Assembly (NCBI RefSeq): GCF_001194135.2
Contig: NC_068985.1
Location: forward strand, 6,672,576 to 6,705,323
Direction of reading: 5' to 3'
Source of the DNA: Octopus bimaculoides
Taxonomy: Eukaryota
DNA length: 32,748 nucleotides
Part shown: positions 22,399-32,748 of the stretch, piece after piece
How positions within the stretch are numbered: the first letter of the stretch is position 1
Layout of the letters: each line of letters starts with the position of its first letter
Notes under the pieces: model-generated
Databases searched by the model: none
What the model was told of the DNA's origin: nothing
The model's input: only the letters and a program-made list of their open reading frames with translations
Made by a program: the position numbers and the translations under genes

Positions 22399-22789
22399 TA
22401 TACTTCAATCTAACAATAAAATTATTATCAATTCTACCATAAACACAAAGGATTATGCGAATATATCTTCCTATATATACATATAATGTGTGTGTGTGTG
22501 TGTGTGTGTGTAATAATATGCAATACCAGATAAATCATTCTACTTCTTTTATTGTTGTCTTATGCCACGCTCTTGGTTCCATTGGCTGTTGGATATTTTT
22601 GGATAATATTCCATTTGTGGAATATTCCTCGATCGATACTTTCTGTTATAATAACGGATTAATAAACTGTCTCTTTCGCGTCATTCTGTCTCACCAATAT
22701 GCGATATTCCTAGATTCCTTTGCGATTCCATGTAATCAAAGCTACACATATGCATACATATATATATTTTTTTAAAAACTTTTTTGTAC

Positions 22790-22979
22790 TTTCTGCTTTT
22801 TCCTGTTGTCGTTTCTCCCAATCTGTACTTGTAACCTTGCCTCTCCTTCCCTTTCTTCTCCCTTTTGTCTTCTCTTATCCCTTTCTTCCCCTTTTCTGTC
22901 TGTTTCTTCCTTCTTCCTCCTTCTTTCTCTATTTGTTTTTCTGTGTTCCTTTCTGTCGAAGAGCCTAGGGTCGAAACGT
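22790..22979 (+). repeat. Pyrimidine-rich repeat ending in a Penelope-type hammerhead-like motif, cut by the gap
   Basis: Long CT-rich tract, then CTGTCGA-A-GAGC(CTAG)GGTC-GAAACGT directly before the N run. Confidence 0.5.
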
Positions 22980-23250
22980 NNNNNNNNNNNNNNNNNNNNN
23001 NNNNNNNNNNNNNNNNNNNNNNNNNNNNNNNNNNNNNNNNNNNNNNNNNNNNNNNNNNNNNNNNNNNNNNNNNNNNNNNNNNNNNNNNNNNNNNNNNNNN
23101 NNNNNNNNNNNNNNNNNNNNNNNNNNNNNNNNNNNNNNNNNNNNNNNNNNNNNNNNNNNNNNNNNNNNNNNNNNNNNNNNNNNNNNNNNNNNNNNNNNNN
23201 NNNNNNNNNNNNNNNNNNNNNNNNNNNNNNNNNNNNNNNNNNNNNNNNNN
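22980..23250. other. Assembly gap (271 N)
   Basis: N run followed by (TA)n. Confidence 1.
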
Positions 23251-23288
<38 letters not shown>

Positions 23289-23299
23289 TATATATATAT

Positions 23300-23340
<41 letters not shown>

Positions 23341-23395
23341 TGTGCGTGTGTATAGATATGTGTGTGTGTGCGTGAATGTATGTGGGTGTGTGTAA
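23251..23395. repeat. (TA)n then (TG)n microsatellites
   Basis: Seen directly. Confidence 0.95.
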
Positions 23396-23567
23396 ATGCC
23401 AACGATGAGAATGAGTGCTCAACACCGCACTGGTAGATAGAATTCGTTTATTTGTGCATTAAAGCTACCATTGATTTCATGTTAATAAGAATATCTTAAT
23501 ATCGAAACATTTTTTCTTAAGAAATCTTAAGATAGTTTGCTTAACATGGAACCAATGGTAGCTTTCA

Positions 23568-23610
23568 TACACACACACACACACACATACACACACACAC
23601 ACACACACAG
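23568..23610. repeat. (CA)n microsatellite
   Basis: Seen directly. Confidence 0.95.
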
Positions 23611-24148
23611 ATATACATCTATATATAAAAGCTTGAATGTATATATGACTGTATGTGTGTATGTCTCTATGCATATATGTATGCGTGACGGTATGTGTGC
23701 GTGTGTGTATGTGTATGTTGTAAATAGATGCCATCTCTACGATGACCTGATCATGAATTTAAAATTAATATTTCATTGTTTATGATTATAACTCTTGTTG
23801 CTCTTCATGTGCTTAAAAACAGAATATATTACAATATATTACAACAAAATACAGCGTAGACTATGTCTTCATTTTGTGACATTTCAAGTTATTATAATTA
23901 GAGAAATTAAAAGTTGCCAAAGTGAATTGGAAGTAAAATTCTTAGAATATTATTTGTGTCATAAAAGTAATGAAATGTCTGAAGTAAATCATGAGAAAAA
24001 AGCATTAAGCAAACTTATAAATACGAATTTGTTTCTTCTTTACATATTTATTATTATGTCATTATTAATAAAATCGCATTAGAACATAATTTAATTCTAA
24101 GTAAAGAAATGAAGTGGAAATACAACGTTTTAAACCTGGTTATTAATA

Positions 24149-24151
<3 letters not shown>

Positions 24152-24212
<61 letters not shown>

Positions 24213-24240
24213 CATCATCATCATCATTAGTATTATTATC
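24152..24240. repeat. (ATT)n-(ATC)n trinucleotide microsatellite
   Basis: Seen directly; source of the poly-Ile ORFs on both strands. Confidence 0.98.
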
Positions 24241-25002
24241 ATTTATAAACTCTGTGCATATTTGTACCTTATATATAAATTATACGGATTATTAATTTAA
24301 TAAAATATTTTCGAAAGATATTAGAGGTAGCATATTTTTCATACGAAACGAATTAATAAATGAGTTCAATGTAAACTAGTTGTTTTATTTAGTAGTAAAC
24401 TTTACGGTAAATCCAGAAACCTAGTTCAAACATCTAACAGTGAGTTTATATTGCATTGGTAGATAATTTCAATATTTGCTTCTTTCAATATGTTTACCAT
24501 GAAGTTACATAATATCGTTTTATATAAAATATCCAGCTTTCAGCAAATAAGTTAAGAGGTTACCTGAGCAGTGAAAGTAAATACTCTTTTAAAATGCCAC
24601 TCAATTATCGCAACATACATGCTCCGAGCCTTTATCATATGAAGAACGGGTATTGCTGAAATTTGCTCTGCATCCAGGAGCAGCTACAGAAATACTGTTT
24701 TCCTTGGTCTGAAGTCACTAAATTCATTATATATGAATATACCCTATATATTCTATTTTTGCACAATGATTATGATACTTCTTACGATCAGACAAATTCT
24801 AATGTTAAAAAAGAGGTAAATTTCTGATCGCAACAACACAAATTGGTCAAATAGGGAAATTAGTGTTCGAATATTGAGATTATGTCCAGTCCTCAATTGT
24901 TTAAAGATAGGTGGTGAACGGTCCAACCCCTATGCCTGCTCCGTCTCTCGTGTTGGTACTATCCGCGCCAAGCCCCAGATGTCTTCTACACTCCCCTTTT
25001 TA

Positions 25003-25086
25003 ACAGGAAGTCCATGAGATTCCCTGCCTCGCTCGTTAACAGGAAGTAAACGGGATTACTTGTCTCGTCCCATGCTCACTTCCTGT
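25003..25086. promoter_or_regulatory. Cluster of three identical ETS-type motifs (ACAGGAAGT)
   Basis: ACAGGAAGT at 25003-25011 (+) and 25039-25047 (+), ACTTCCTGT at 25078-25086 (-), in a locally GC-richer island. Function unproven. Confidence 0.45.
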
Positions 25087-27139
25087 ATATACTTGTTATC
25101 CAGACCAACGTTATTTCACGTCTGCCAAAAGGTCATTGACAAACGTTTATCTCGCCACCTTCGGAAAATAGTGTAAATTCTCTCCCTTCATTATAATATA
25201 GGTGTACGTCACATACTCCATTCTATGTAATGCTTCATCCGCATTTTCATGCTGGAGACGAATTTATAAAGAATAGACACGTTTTACTGAAAGACCCAAT
25301 AAATACGTTGTATAGACTAGGCTTTCACTATATTTTCAGTAACGCCGATTTATATCTTCAGGATTTTATCAATGTCACAGAAACCGTTTTCTAATATCAG
25401 TCGCTTCTCCGTTAATTGTTATGTAGACCTCACTTGATAGTGTGTCTGAAATCGTAATGTTGGGGATGCGAGGATTCTTAATATATTAAGAAATATTTTT
25501 CATAAGAAGTGATGTAGCTAAATATTGTATTTCTATTAAAAAGTCGACAAAATACGTGACAAGTGTAGAACCATGTATCTATCAATGTTAAACTTTATCT
25601 GCCTCTATTGAAGCTAAAAGATTGTAAGGCTTCATTTGTGTCCAATCCATGGTTAATCCATGGATATTTTCTGATATTTATCTGATTGGAATACATTTTC
25701 TGTATCGAAATTTCTCGGCTTAATATTATTGCTATATTTTTAACAACAATAACCCAACTGAAGATAGATTAGGGATAGATATGCTATGCTTCTTTGAAAT
25801 GGTCTGTGTTTATGTAGGCGGCTGTATTTTCGGTAGCTTTGTGGTAAGTGCAATTTTATCTCGTAATAGATGCTTCGTAATATCTAACAAACCAGCTGTC
25901 TTAGATATTCTAATAAGTGTATTTCTCATATTGTCTGTTTCATGTCAATTCCTATATAACATGAATTATCCGGCATACCTATATAGGCCAAAATCAGGCT
26001 CACCTACTACGTAGCATCTTGTTTAGAAGATTTATATAGAAAATATCATCGATTTCTGGTCTGTCAATAATCAAACATACGATAACCTACTTTTACGATA
26101 TATTTATTATATGTGTTAGATTATTCTTACTGTGCATAAAGATTTTGGCGAAGTATAAAAGGTTTAATCATAAGTTTAAACATGGCCACCTACACTGAGC
26201 TTGGTGTTTGAATGGTTTTGGGAAAACTTCGCGCAAATATGTAGCTGCAGATTAAAGAAACCAAGAAAACTGTGATATAAATAATGCACACAAAGGACAA
26301 AGCCAGACACAAACGTTCAGCGTGTCAGATATGAATCTCACTTAATACAAGATATATCGCATCCGTATGATAATAAGATTAATTGAAGATGTACAAAGAG
26401 TTTGGTAATAAAATTCTACCCGCTGTTTCTCTTCTTTACAAAAACTTGTACTTCGCCCTGCAATAATTTATAGCAAATAATGTACCACAAGCACGGAATC
26501 CAGCTCAGAATCATTGTTTCTTTCACTAATTCAAAATGAGTGCAGAAGAAATGTAAAGTTATCAACGATGAGCATCTTGCACTTTATTTTAAGAATATTC
26601 CGTGGATATAAAAGCGATATGAAGCAAATGGTATTAACATCAAATAAATATTGTAATTAAATAAAGTATTCTCGTTTTACAACACTGATACACCTTCACG
26701 AAAATCTCCAAACTATAATATATTACGTGATTACATGGTCGACCTGAATATCGGACGTTGTTAGACATCGCAAGTCACAATGCACTTTGCATCGTTTTAT
26801 CTTTGGAATGTTGCCACCTTCTGGTTAAGCGAGCCAGGCCAAAATCCCTCTGATCCGAAGCGCTCTACATAGTTATGCATTTTATTAGATTGTGGAATCT
26901 TCTCACTCTGCAACATTTTTTTGAACACACTAACACCATTCACAACTCACGAAGTCTATGTAAATAATATTTGCAGTTCTCGTATTATAAATTCTTTTGA
27001 GATATTATTTCGTTAATAGAATTGAAATAGCTTCAAATATCATGATTATTTACCGTAATATTTTGTGCGACGAAGTTCAAATATATTATTTTGATTTATT
27101 CAAGATAATCCTATTAATATATTTTATAAGTAATGTCAT

Positions 27140-27255
27140 ATACATGTGTATGAATATGTGTGTTTGACTGTGTATGTATGTATGAGTTTGTATGTGTATG
27201 TATGTATGTTTGTGTTTCTATGTATATATGTATGTATTTGTGTGTATGTATGAGT
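27140..27255. repeat. Degenerate (GTAT/GT)n microsatellite
   Basis: Seen directly. Confidence 0.9.
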
Positions 27256-27832
27256 GCTTTTGCAATCGTCTCATTTTACAGTCTAAATACAATATTGAAT
27301 AATTTCAGCACTATAAAAGAAATATTTTTCATATATTGCGCAGTTTCTAAAACACTAAAACGCGGTTTCAAATGACATATTTCCTTCTATTCATTTGTGT
27401 TTATGGTTCAATAGACAGCTGACTATATTCTACAACCGTTTATATAATTTTCCTTCCAAGAACATTGAAATATGACAGCTTATTTATTTTGGTGGTGGGG
27501 GCGCATCGTACAACAAAATAGACAATTCCTCACCACATTAGTTTTTAGATCAATTTAAATTCAGTAACAATATTGCATAATTTCGATTAAGACGAGTTAA
27601 ACCCCTTGATACCCTAATGCATTTATTCTCATAATTTAAAAAAGAAAAAATGTAATCCACGTTTGTGATAGATTTCTTACATTACAGGAAAATCAAAATG
27701 CGTAACTAAAGTAGTTTGGAAATGAATAGTTAGTTGATCAATGACTGAAAATACTTGTTATATGTGAGAATCTTAGGTCATTTGATTTGCAATAACAATC
27801 AATCAAATGCTCTTTCACACAGATTTTTATGT

Positions 27833-28011
27833 CTTTATTGCCCACGAGGGGCTAAACATAGAGGGGACAACCAAGGACAGACAAAGGGATTAAGTCGATT
27901 ATATCGACCCTAGTGCCTAATCGGTACTTAATTTACCGACCCCGAAATGATGAAAGGCAAAGTCAACCTCGGTGGAATTTGAACTCAGAACGTAACGGCA
28001 GACGAAATACC
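27833..28011 (-). mobile_element. SINE family A, 5'-truncated second unit of a tandem pair (tail type 1)
   Basis: Highly similar to 28020-28195; lacks the first roughly 55 nt of the head. Confidence 0.92.
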
Positions 28012-28244
28012 TATTTCTTTACTGCCCACAAGGGGTTATACACAGAGGGGACAAACAAGGACAGACAAACAGATTAAGTCGATTATATCGACCCCAGTGC
28101 GTAACTGGTACTTATTTAATCGACCCCGAAAGGATGAAAGGCAAAGTCGACCTAGGCGGAATTTGAACTCAGAACGTAGCGGCAGACGAAGTACCGCTAA
28201 GCATTTCGTCCGGCGTGCTAACGTTTCAGCCAGCTCGCCGCCTT
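28012..28244 (-). mobile_element. SINE family A, full length, apparently young (tail type 1)
   Basis: Reverse complement: aaggcggcgagctggctgaaacgttagcacgccggacgaaatgcttagcgg...gttctgagttcaaattccgcc...gcctttcatcctttcggggtcgattaaataagtaccag...gggcagtaaagaaata. Confidence 0.95.
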
Positions 28245-28245
28245 A

Positions 28246-28423
28246 TAACAGAAAGAAAGAGTGAGAGAAAGTCGGGGCGAAAGAGTACAACAGGGGTCGC
28301 CACCGCCCCCTGTCGGAGCTTTGTAGAGCTTTAGGTGTTTCGGCTCAATAAACACACACACAACGCCCGGTCTGGGAATCAAAGCCGCGACACTCCGACC
28401 GCGAGTCCGCTGCCCTAACCACT
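28246..28423 (-). mobile_element. SINE family B, 5' half
   Basis: Minus strand: gagtggttagggcagcggactcgcggtc...gattcccagaccgggcgttgtg...aaacacctaaagct; matches 4140-4320. Confidence 0.9.
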
Positions 28424-28680
28424 CAAGCATATGAATATTGAGTTATACGTCAGATTATCGAGTGATGACATTCAAAATATGTTCCGATCAATTTTCAACT
28501 GTTCTTTCATTTCACGACATGCATTCAGCCCTGACATCTGATCTTTTGTGAGCAAGCGAAGCACAAATTTGGCTGCAACTCTTTTCAAGCGCAATTCCTC
28601 GCTCAAAATTCGTTCGCAGCAGTTTCAGAATACATCAGTCAATTGTTCGGTGACCGTTCTTCAAGATCAGTTTCACATAG
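28424..28680 (-). mobile_element. Mariner transposase fragment (second family, copy 1)
   Basis: ...ILSEELRLKRVAAKFVLRLLTKDQ...ACREMKEQL..., corresponding to the helix-turn-helix to WVPxxL region. Very similar to 31070-31225. Confidence 0.8.
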
Positions 28681-30080
28681 TCTCTGTCAACCAAATATCT
28701 CTCCTGAATCATGGGTTGTATACAAGATCTAGTAACTGTCATTTCCAATGAGCACGCGTTCCATTGCGAAATTCGAGACTACTTGAATGCGAGACATTCT
28801 CCATTATCATTCGGCAATATACCGCCTAAACTAAAATCAGGTATTAAACTTGTATGTTGGAATGTTCTATAGGTAGTTACTCATTACATGGATATTTCGA
28901 AAATGTAAAAAACTAAACTAGAATTAGCACATAATTTTTATTTATTTCTACGCACACACCGTACGAAAACGCTCATTCGGATATGCATGTAAAAGGTATT
29001 GACCTGTATGACAATACAGGTCAGTATTTTTATCAAAATTCTTAGACATTTCAACTATTTTTATTTGAAGTTTAGTAGCATATCAAATAGCTAACCGCAT
29101 ATTATATTGTGTCAAATTAAAGAGAATATTATAGCCGAGCAAGCCGAGGAAAAGGAAATACGTTAGTTTTATACTTTATTTATTCATTCAAAACACTATA
29201 GCAAGAAATAATACAGATTTATCCCTCCATATACGCTGCAAAGGACACTTGGGATTAATATTACTTATAGTTTGTGGTGGAGTTTGAGCATTTATTTTGT
29301 TTTTAATTTACTACATGGCTATGCATAATAAACACTAATAATGTTTCTCAATAAATTTGAAAAACTTGTGTATTATAACTCCAGAAAAGCGGACAGTTTC
29401 ATGAGCTATCTTAGTGATATATAACTGTATTAAAAACTATGTTTTATACATCAATAATCGCTACTAGATATGCGTGCCAGACGGCAATAAATAGGAATGT
29501 TAGATCTAAGAGAAATAAATAATTTATCTGTTTCATTGCAGAAAACGTTGGACATTAGAATACTGGATATAAAAAAAGGAATTCAATAGAAACAAAGACA
29601 TAAAGCATTTTGCTTAGGAAGTATAATTACCTTACTGGTTTGGTGTTCTATCTATTAGAAATTTCGCCTGATGTCAAATAAATAGAAACAACGTATGTAT
29701 CCTACGTAATATCACAAAACTGTGAAGTATGACTACTTCTAAATATATCTGTTTATCTACAGTAATGTGAAGTTCATATTGTGAGTATATATCAGTTTTT
29801 AGTTTGAGTGTCTGCGTGTGCATGCGTGTATATACGCATGCAAACGGACAGATTTGTTTCGAATGCAGAAATACAATTACTTTGAAAGATACACATTTGA
29901 AAATAGTTTTGTGTCTTTCGTCCTTTCAACTAAAGGTCTTTTTCAATAACAGGTTGCATGAAATCACAAATAACGGGACGTGAAACTCTGAGTAACACTA
30001 CTTGGGATATTGTTGCTGCTTTCGAACAAATCATACTAATTTTTCCACCTTGTTTCGTATGTATTTGTTTACTCTGGTAG

Positions 30081-30113
<33 letters not shown>

Positions 30114-30261
30114 CAAAAATATAAGTAGATTCATTGAGGTGAGGTGTTTTAAACTCACTAGCCGATAAATTTCTTAGTGTCTGCCTCACGTGGTCTTGAT
30201 GTCGCATGGTCAAAATTCACATGAGTTATTAGACAATTGCAATTTTATTCGAATATTGAGG

Positions 30262-30308
30262 CTGAAGATCGGAATAGGGTTACTTCATACCCTTAACCGT
30301 GAAACGTC
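30262..30308 (+). ncRNA. Hammerhead-ribozyme-like motif (Penelope-type), stem I not evident
   Basis: CTGAAGA-T-CGG-AAT-AGGGT(TACTTCAT)ACCCT-TAA-CCG-T-GAAACGTC: both core boxes, an extended stem II, the ACGT palindrome and a GUC triplet. Confidence 0.5.
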
Positions 30309-30400
30309 GTACCCAGTTAACTAAAGGCAGGTTTGTTTTTACTCTTCTCTTCTGTTTTTTGTTCTGTGTGCCATAAATATCGCCATCCGTTAGAGAAAAA

Positions 30401-30771
30401 NNNNNNNNNNNNNNNNNNNNNNNNNNNNNNNNNNNNNNNNNNNNNNNNNNNNNNNNNNNNNNNNNNNNNNNNNNNNNNNNNNNNNNNNNNNNNNNNNNNN
30501 NNNNNNNNNNNNNNNNNNNNNNNNNNNNNNNNNNNNNNNNNNNNNNNNNNNNNNNNNNNNNNNNNNNNNNNNNNNNNNNNNNNNNNNNNNNNNNNNNNNN
30601 NNNNNNNNNNNNNNNNNNNNNNNNNNNNNNNNNNNNNNNNNNNNNNNNNNNNNNNNNNNNNNNNNNNNNNNNNNNNNNNNNNNNNNNNNNNNNNNNNNNN
30701 NNNNNNNNNNNNNNNNNNNNNNNNNNNNNNNNNNNNNNNNNNNNNNNNNNNNNNNNNNNNNNNNNNNNNNN
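30401..30771. other. Assembly gap (371 N)
   Basis: N run followed by (TA)n. Confidence 1.
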
Positions 30772-31009
30772 TATATATATATATATATATATATATTCCC
30801 TTACATCTGTTTCTGCTATAAAATGCAGTGAACATATAGCCCTGTGTTTGAGTAATCATTTATAGTATTATCGGAGCCTCGAACAACTTTGACTGCATTA
30901 TATTGGAGGCTCTGATGATTTTATAAGGTGTTACTCTGGCACACAAGTGCGAGTCCATTATAACTTATAGTAGAAGAAGTTGCAAGTAAATGAAGTACTT
31001 GGCTAACGC

Positions 31010-31422
31010 TTTGTTCTCAAGCATAAGAATATTGAGTTATATATCAGATTACACAGTGATGTCATTGATGACATGCATTCAGTCGTGACATCTTCTGATC
31101 TTTTGTGAACAAGCGAAGCACAAATTTGGTTGTAACTCTTTTCATTCGCAATTCCTCGCTCAAAATTCGTTCGCAGGAGTTTCAGAATACATCAGTCCGA
31201 TGACCGTTCTTCAGGATCAGTTTATGAATTTCTATGATGTTTTCATTCGGTTGGTAAATCGAAGGTCGTTCTGAACGAGATTTATCTTCAAGTGACAAGT
31301 GACCATTCCTAAAACGTGTAAACAACTCATAAACTTGTGTTTTGCTCATGGTAGCGTCCTTCTAAGTTGGTTAAAGCATAACTATTTGCGCCACCGTTTT
31401 TTTCCAGCAGAAAAGACACTTT
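31010..31422 (-). mobile_element. Mariner transposase fragment (second family, copy 2)
   Basis: KVSFLLEKTVAQIVML...DATMSKTQVYELFTRFRNGHLSLEDKSRSERPS...ENIIEIHKLI...KFVLRLFTKDQKMSRLNAC; decayed N-terminal domain. Confidence 0.85.
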
Positions 31423-31510
31423 CCCGAAAGGATGAAAGGCAGTGTCGACCCCGACAGAATTTGAACTCAGAACGTAAAGACATACAAAATACTGCTACGC
31501 ATGTCACCCG
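31423..31510 (-). mobile_element. SINE family A fragment
   Basis: cccgaaaggatgaaaggc...gtcgacc...gaatttgaactcagaacgta. Confidence 0.85.
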
Positions 31511-31545
31511 ATATGCTATATATATATATATATATATATATATAT

Positions 31546-32022
31546 NNNNNNNNNNNNNNNNNNNNNNNNNNNNNNNNNNNNNNNNNNNNNNNNNNNNNNN
31601 NNNNNNNNNNNNNNNNNNNNNNNNNNNNNNNNNNNNNNNNNNNNNNNNNNNNNNNNNNNNNNNNNNNNNNNNNNNNNNNNNNNNNNNNNNNNNNNNNNNN
31701 NNNNNNNNNNNNNNNNNNNNNNNNNNNNNNNNNNNNNNNNNNNNNNNNNNNNNNNNNNNNNNNNNNNNNNNNNNNNNNNNNNNNNNNNNNNNNNNNNNNN
31801 NNNNNNNNNNNNNNNNNNNNNNNNNNNNNNNNNNNNNNNNNNNNNNNNNNNNNNNNNNNNNNNNNNNNNNNNNNNNNNNNNNNNNNNNNNNNNNNNNNNN
31901 NNNNNNNNNNNNNNNNNNNNNNNNNNNNNNNNNNNNNNNNNNNNNNNNNNNNNNNNNNNNNNNNNNNNNNNNNNNNNNNNNNNNNNNNNNNNNNNNNNNN
32001 NNNNNNNNNNNNNNNNNNNNNN
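31546..32022. other. Assembly gap (477 N)
   Basis: N run flanked by (TA)n on both sides. Confidence 1.
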
Positions 32023-32096
32023 ATATATATGCATATATATGTATGTATGTATATGTATATATATATATATATATGCACACACACGGACAAACATAC

Positions 32097-32345
32097 ACAC
32101 ACCGTGCGGTGAGTAAACGTCCATCTAAATTACGCAAAAAGGTAAAATAACACTGACGTCTCATTTTAACACAAATGTTTACCAAAATTGCATAAAGATA
32201 TCTTGAAATGCAAAGTAGCAATTCTTTTCAATAAAATCGCCATTGGCTTCAACCACGGCCTCCAGACGACCTCCGAATATCTTGCAATTCTGCTGGACGG
32301 TCTCCCTGTTTAAGATGATGAATGCTGCAAATCATACATGCCTTC
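32097..32345 (-). mobile_element. Tc1/mariner-superfamily 3' end fragment
   Basis: Minus strand encodes ...TVQQNCKIFGGRLEAVVEANGDFIEK, resembling the C-terminal RLEAVxEAxGxxIE motif of Tc1/maT-type transposases, followed by 3' UTR-like sequence. Confidence 0.6.
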
Positions 32346-32402
32346 ATTTCATCACTGAGTATATACATGTATATGTAATTATACTTGTATGTATATATAT
32401 AT

Positions 32403-32748
32403 AAGCATGCCCTGGCAAAACCCCTCCAGATCCCCTTCCAGAGCTTTCTCGCAAACGGAAGACTGCCAAGCAAGCTGAAGGAGGGAATAATATGCCCAAT
32501 CCATAAAGGGGGAAGCAGAGCAGATGCCAAAAACTATAGGCCTCTCTCTCTGACTTCACACATCAGCAAAGTCATGGAAAGGATAATCAGAGGAAAACGG
32601 ATCGCATTCCTTGAAGAAAATAAATTGCTGAGTGATACCCAACATGGCTTTCGACCAGGTAGGAACTGGCTGACCCAGCTCTTACAACATTACGACTCGG
32701 TGCTGAGGCAGTTACTCAACAACTCAAATGTGGACGTAATATACCTTG
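32403..32748 (+). mobile_element. CR1/L2-group LINE reverse transcriptase fragment, runs off the window edge
   Basis: Stop-free KHALAKPLQIPFQSFLANGRLPSKLKEGIICPIHKGGSRADAKNYRPLSLTSHISKVMERII...QHGFRPGRNWLTQLL...VDVIYL (RT motifs NYRPISL, QHGF, VDVIYLD). Confidence 0.92.

Noticed and set aside
22455-24300. Numerous 60-217 aa ORFs
   Set aside because: Composed of N-gap, (TA)n, (CA)n and (ATT)n translations.
25400-26014. IDRY motif, vWA-like and hydrophobic stretches in different frames
   Set aside because: The motifs fall in different frames with frequent stops and no consistent domain order; treated as chance matches.
30317-32221. Long ORFs up to 283 aa
   Set aside because: They are open only because they cross N gaps.

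Overview
AT-rich, repeat-dense eukaryotic genomic DNA from a gapped scaffold (3 N-gaps, each beside a (TA)n tract). The SINE and microsatellite landscape strongly suggests a coleoid cephalopod (Octopus-like); this is inference from recalled repeat motifs, not a database result. No intact, recognisable host gene, rRNA, true tRNA or CRISPR array is present. The window is dominated by transposon debris: at least four tRNA-derived SINE families (about 19 copies or fragments), a decayed Helitron Rep/PIF1-helicase region with an apparent spliceosomal intron, two R4/Dong-like RLE LINE fragments, a CR1-like RT running off the right edge, a 5' Chapaev fragment, one full-length dead mariner, three other Tc1/mariner fragments and a pogo/Tigger-like MITE. 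Most supplied ORFs are microsatellite, gap or antisense artefacts. The observations most worth following up are: (i) several Penelope-type minimal hammerhead-ribozyme-like motifs, one forming the 3' part of a tRNA-headed SINE; (ii) a candidate minus-strand secreted-protein gene (22157-21305) whose frame is broken mainly by TAG stops; (iii) a tight triple ETS-site cluster; (iv) the Helitron intron. All are hypotheses from manual reading. Most repeat boundaries are approximate.
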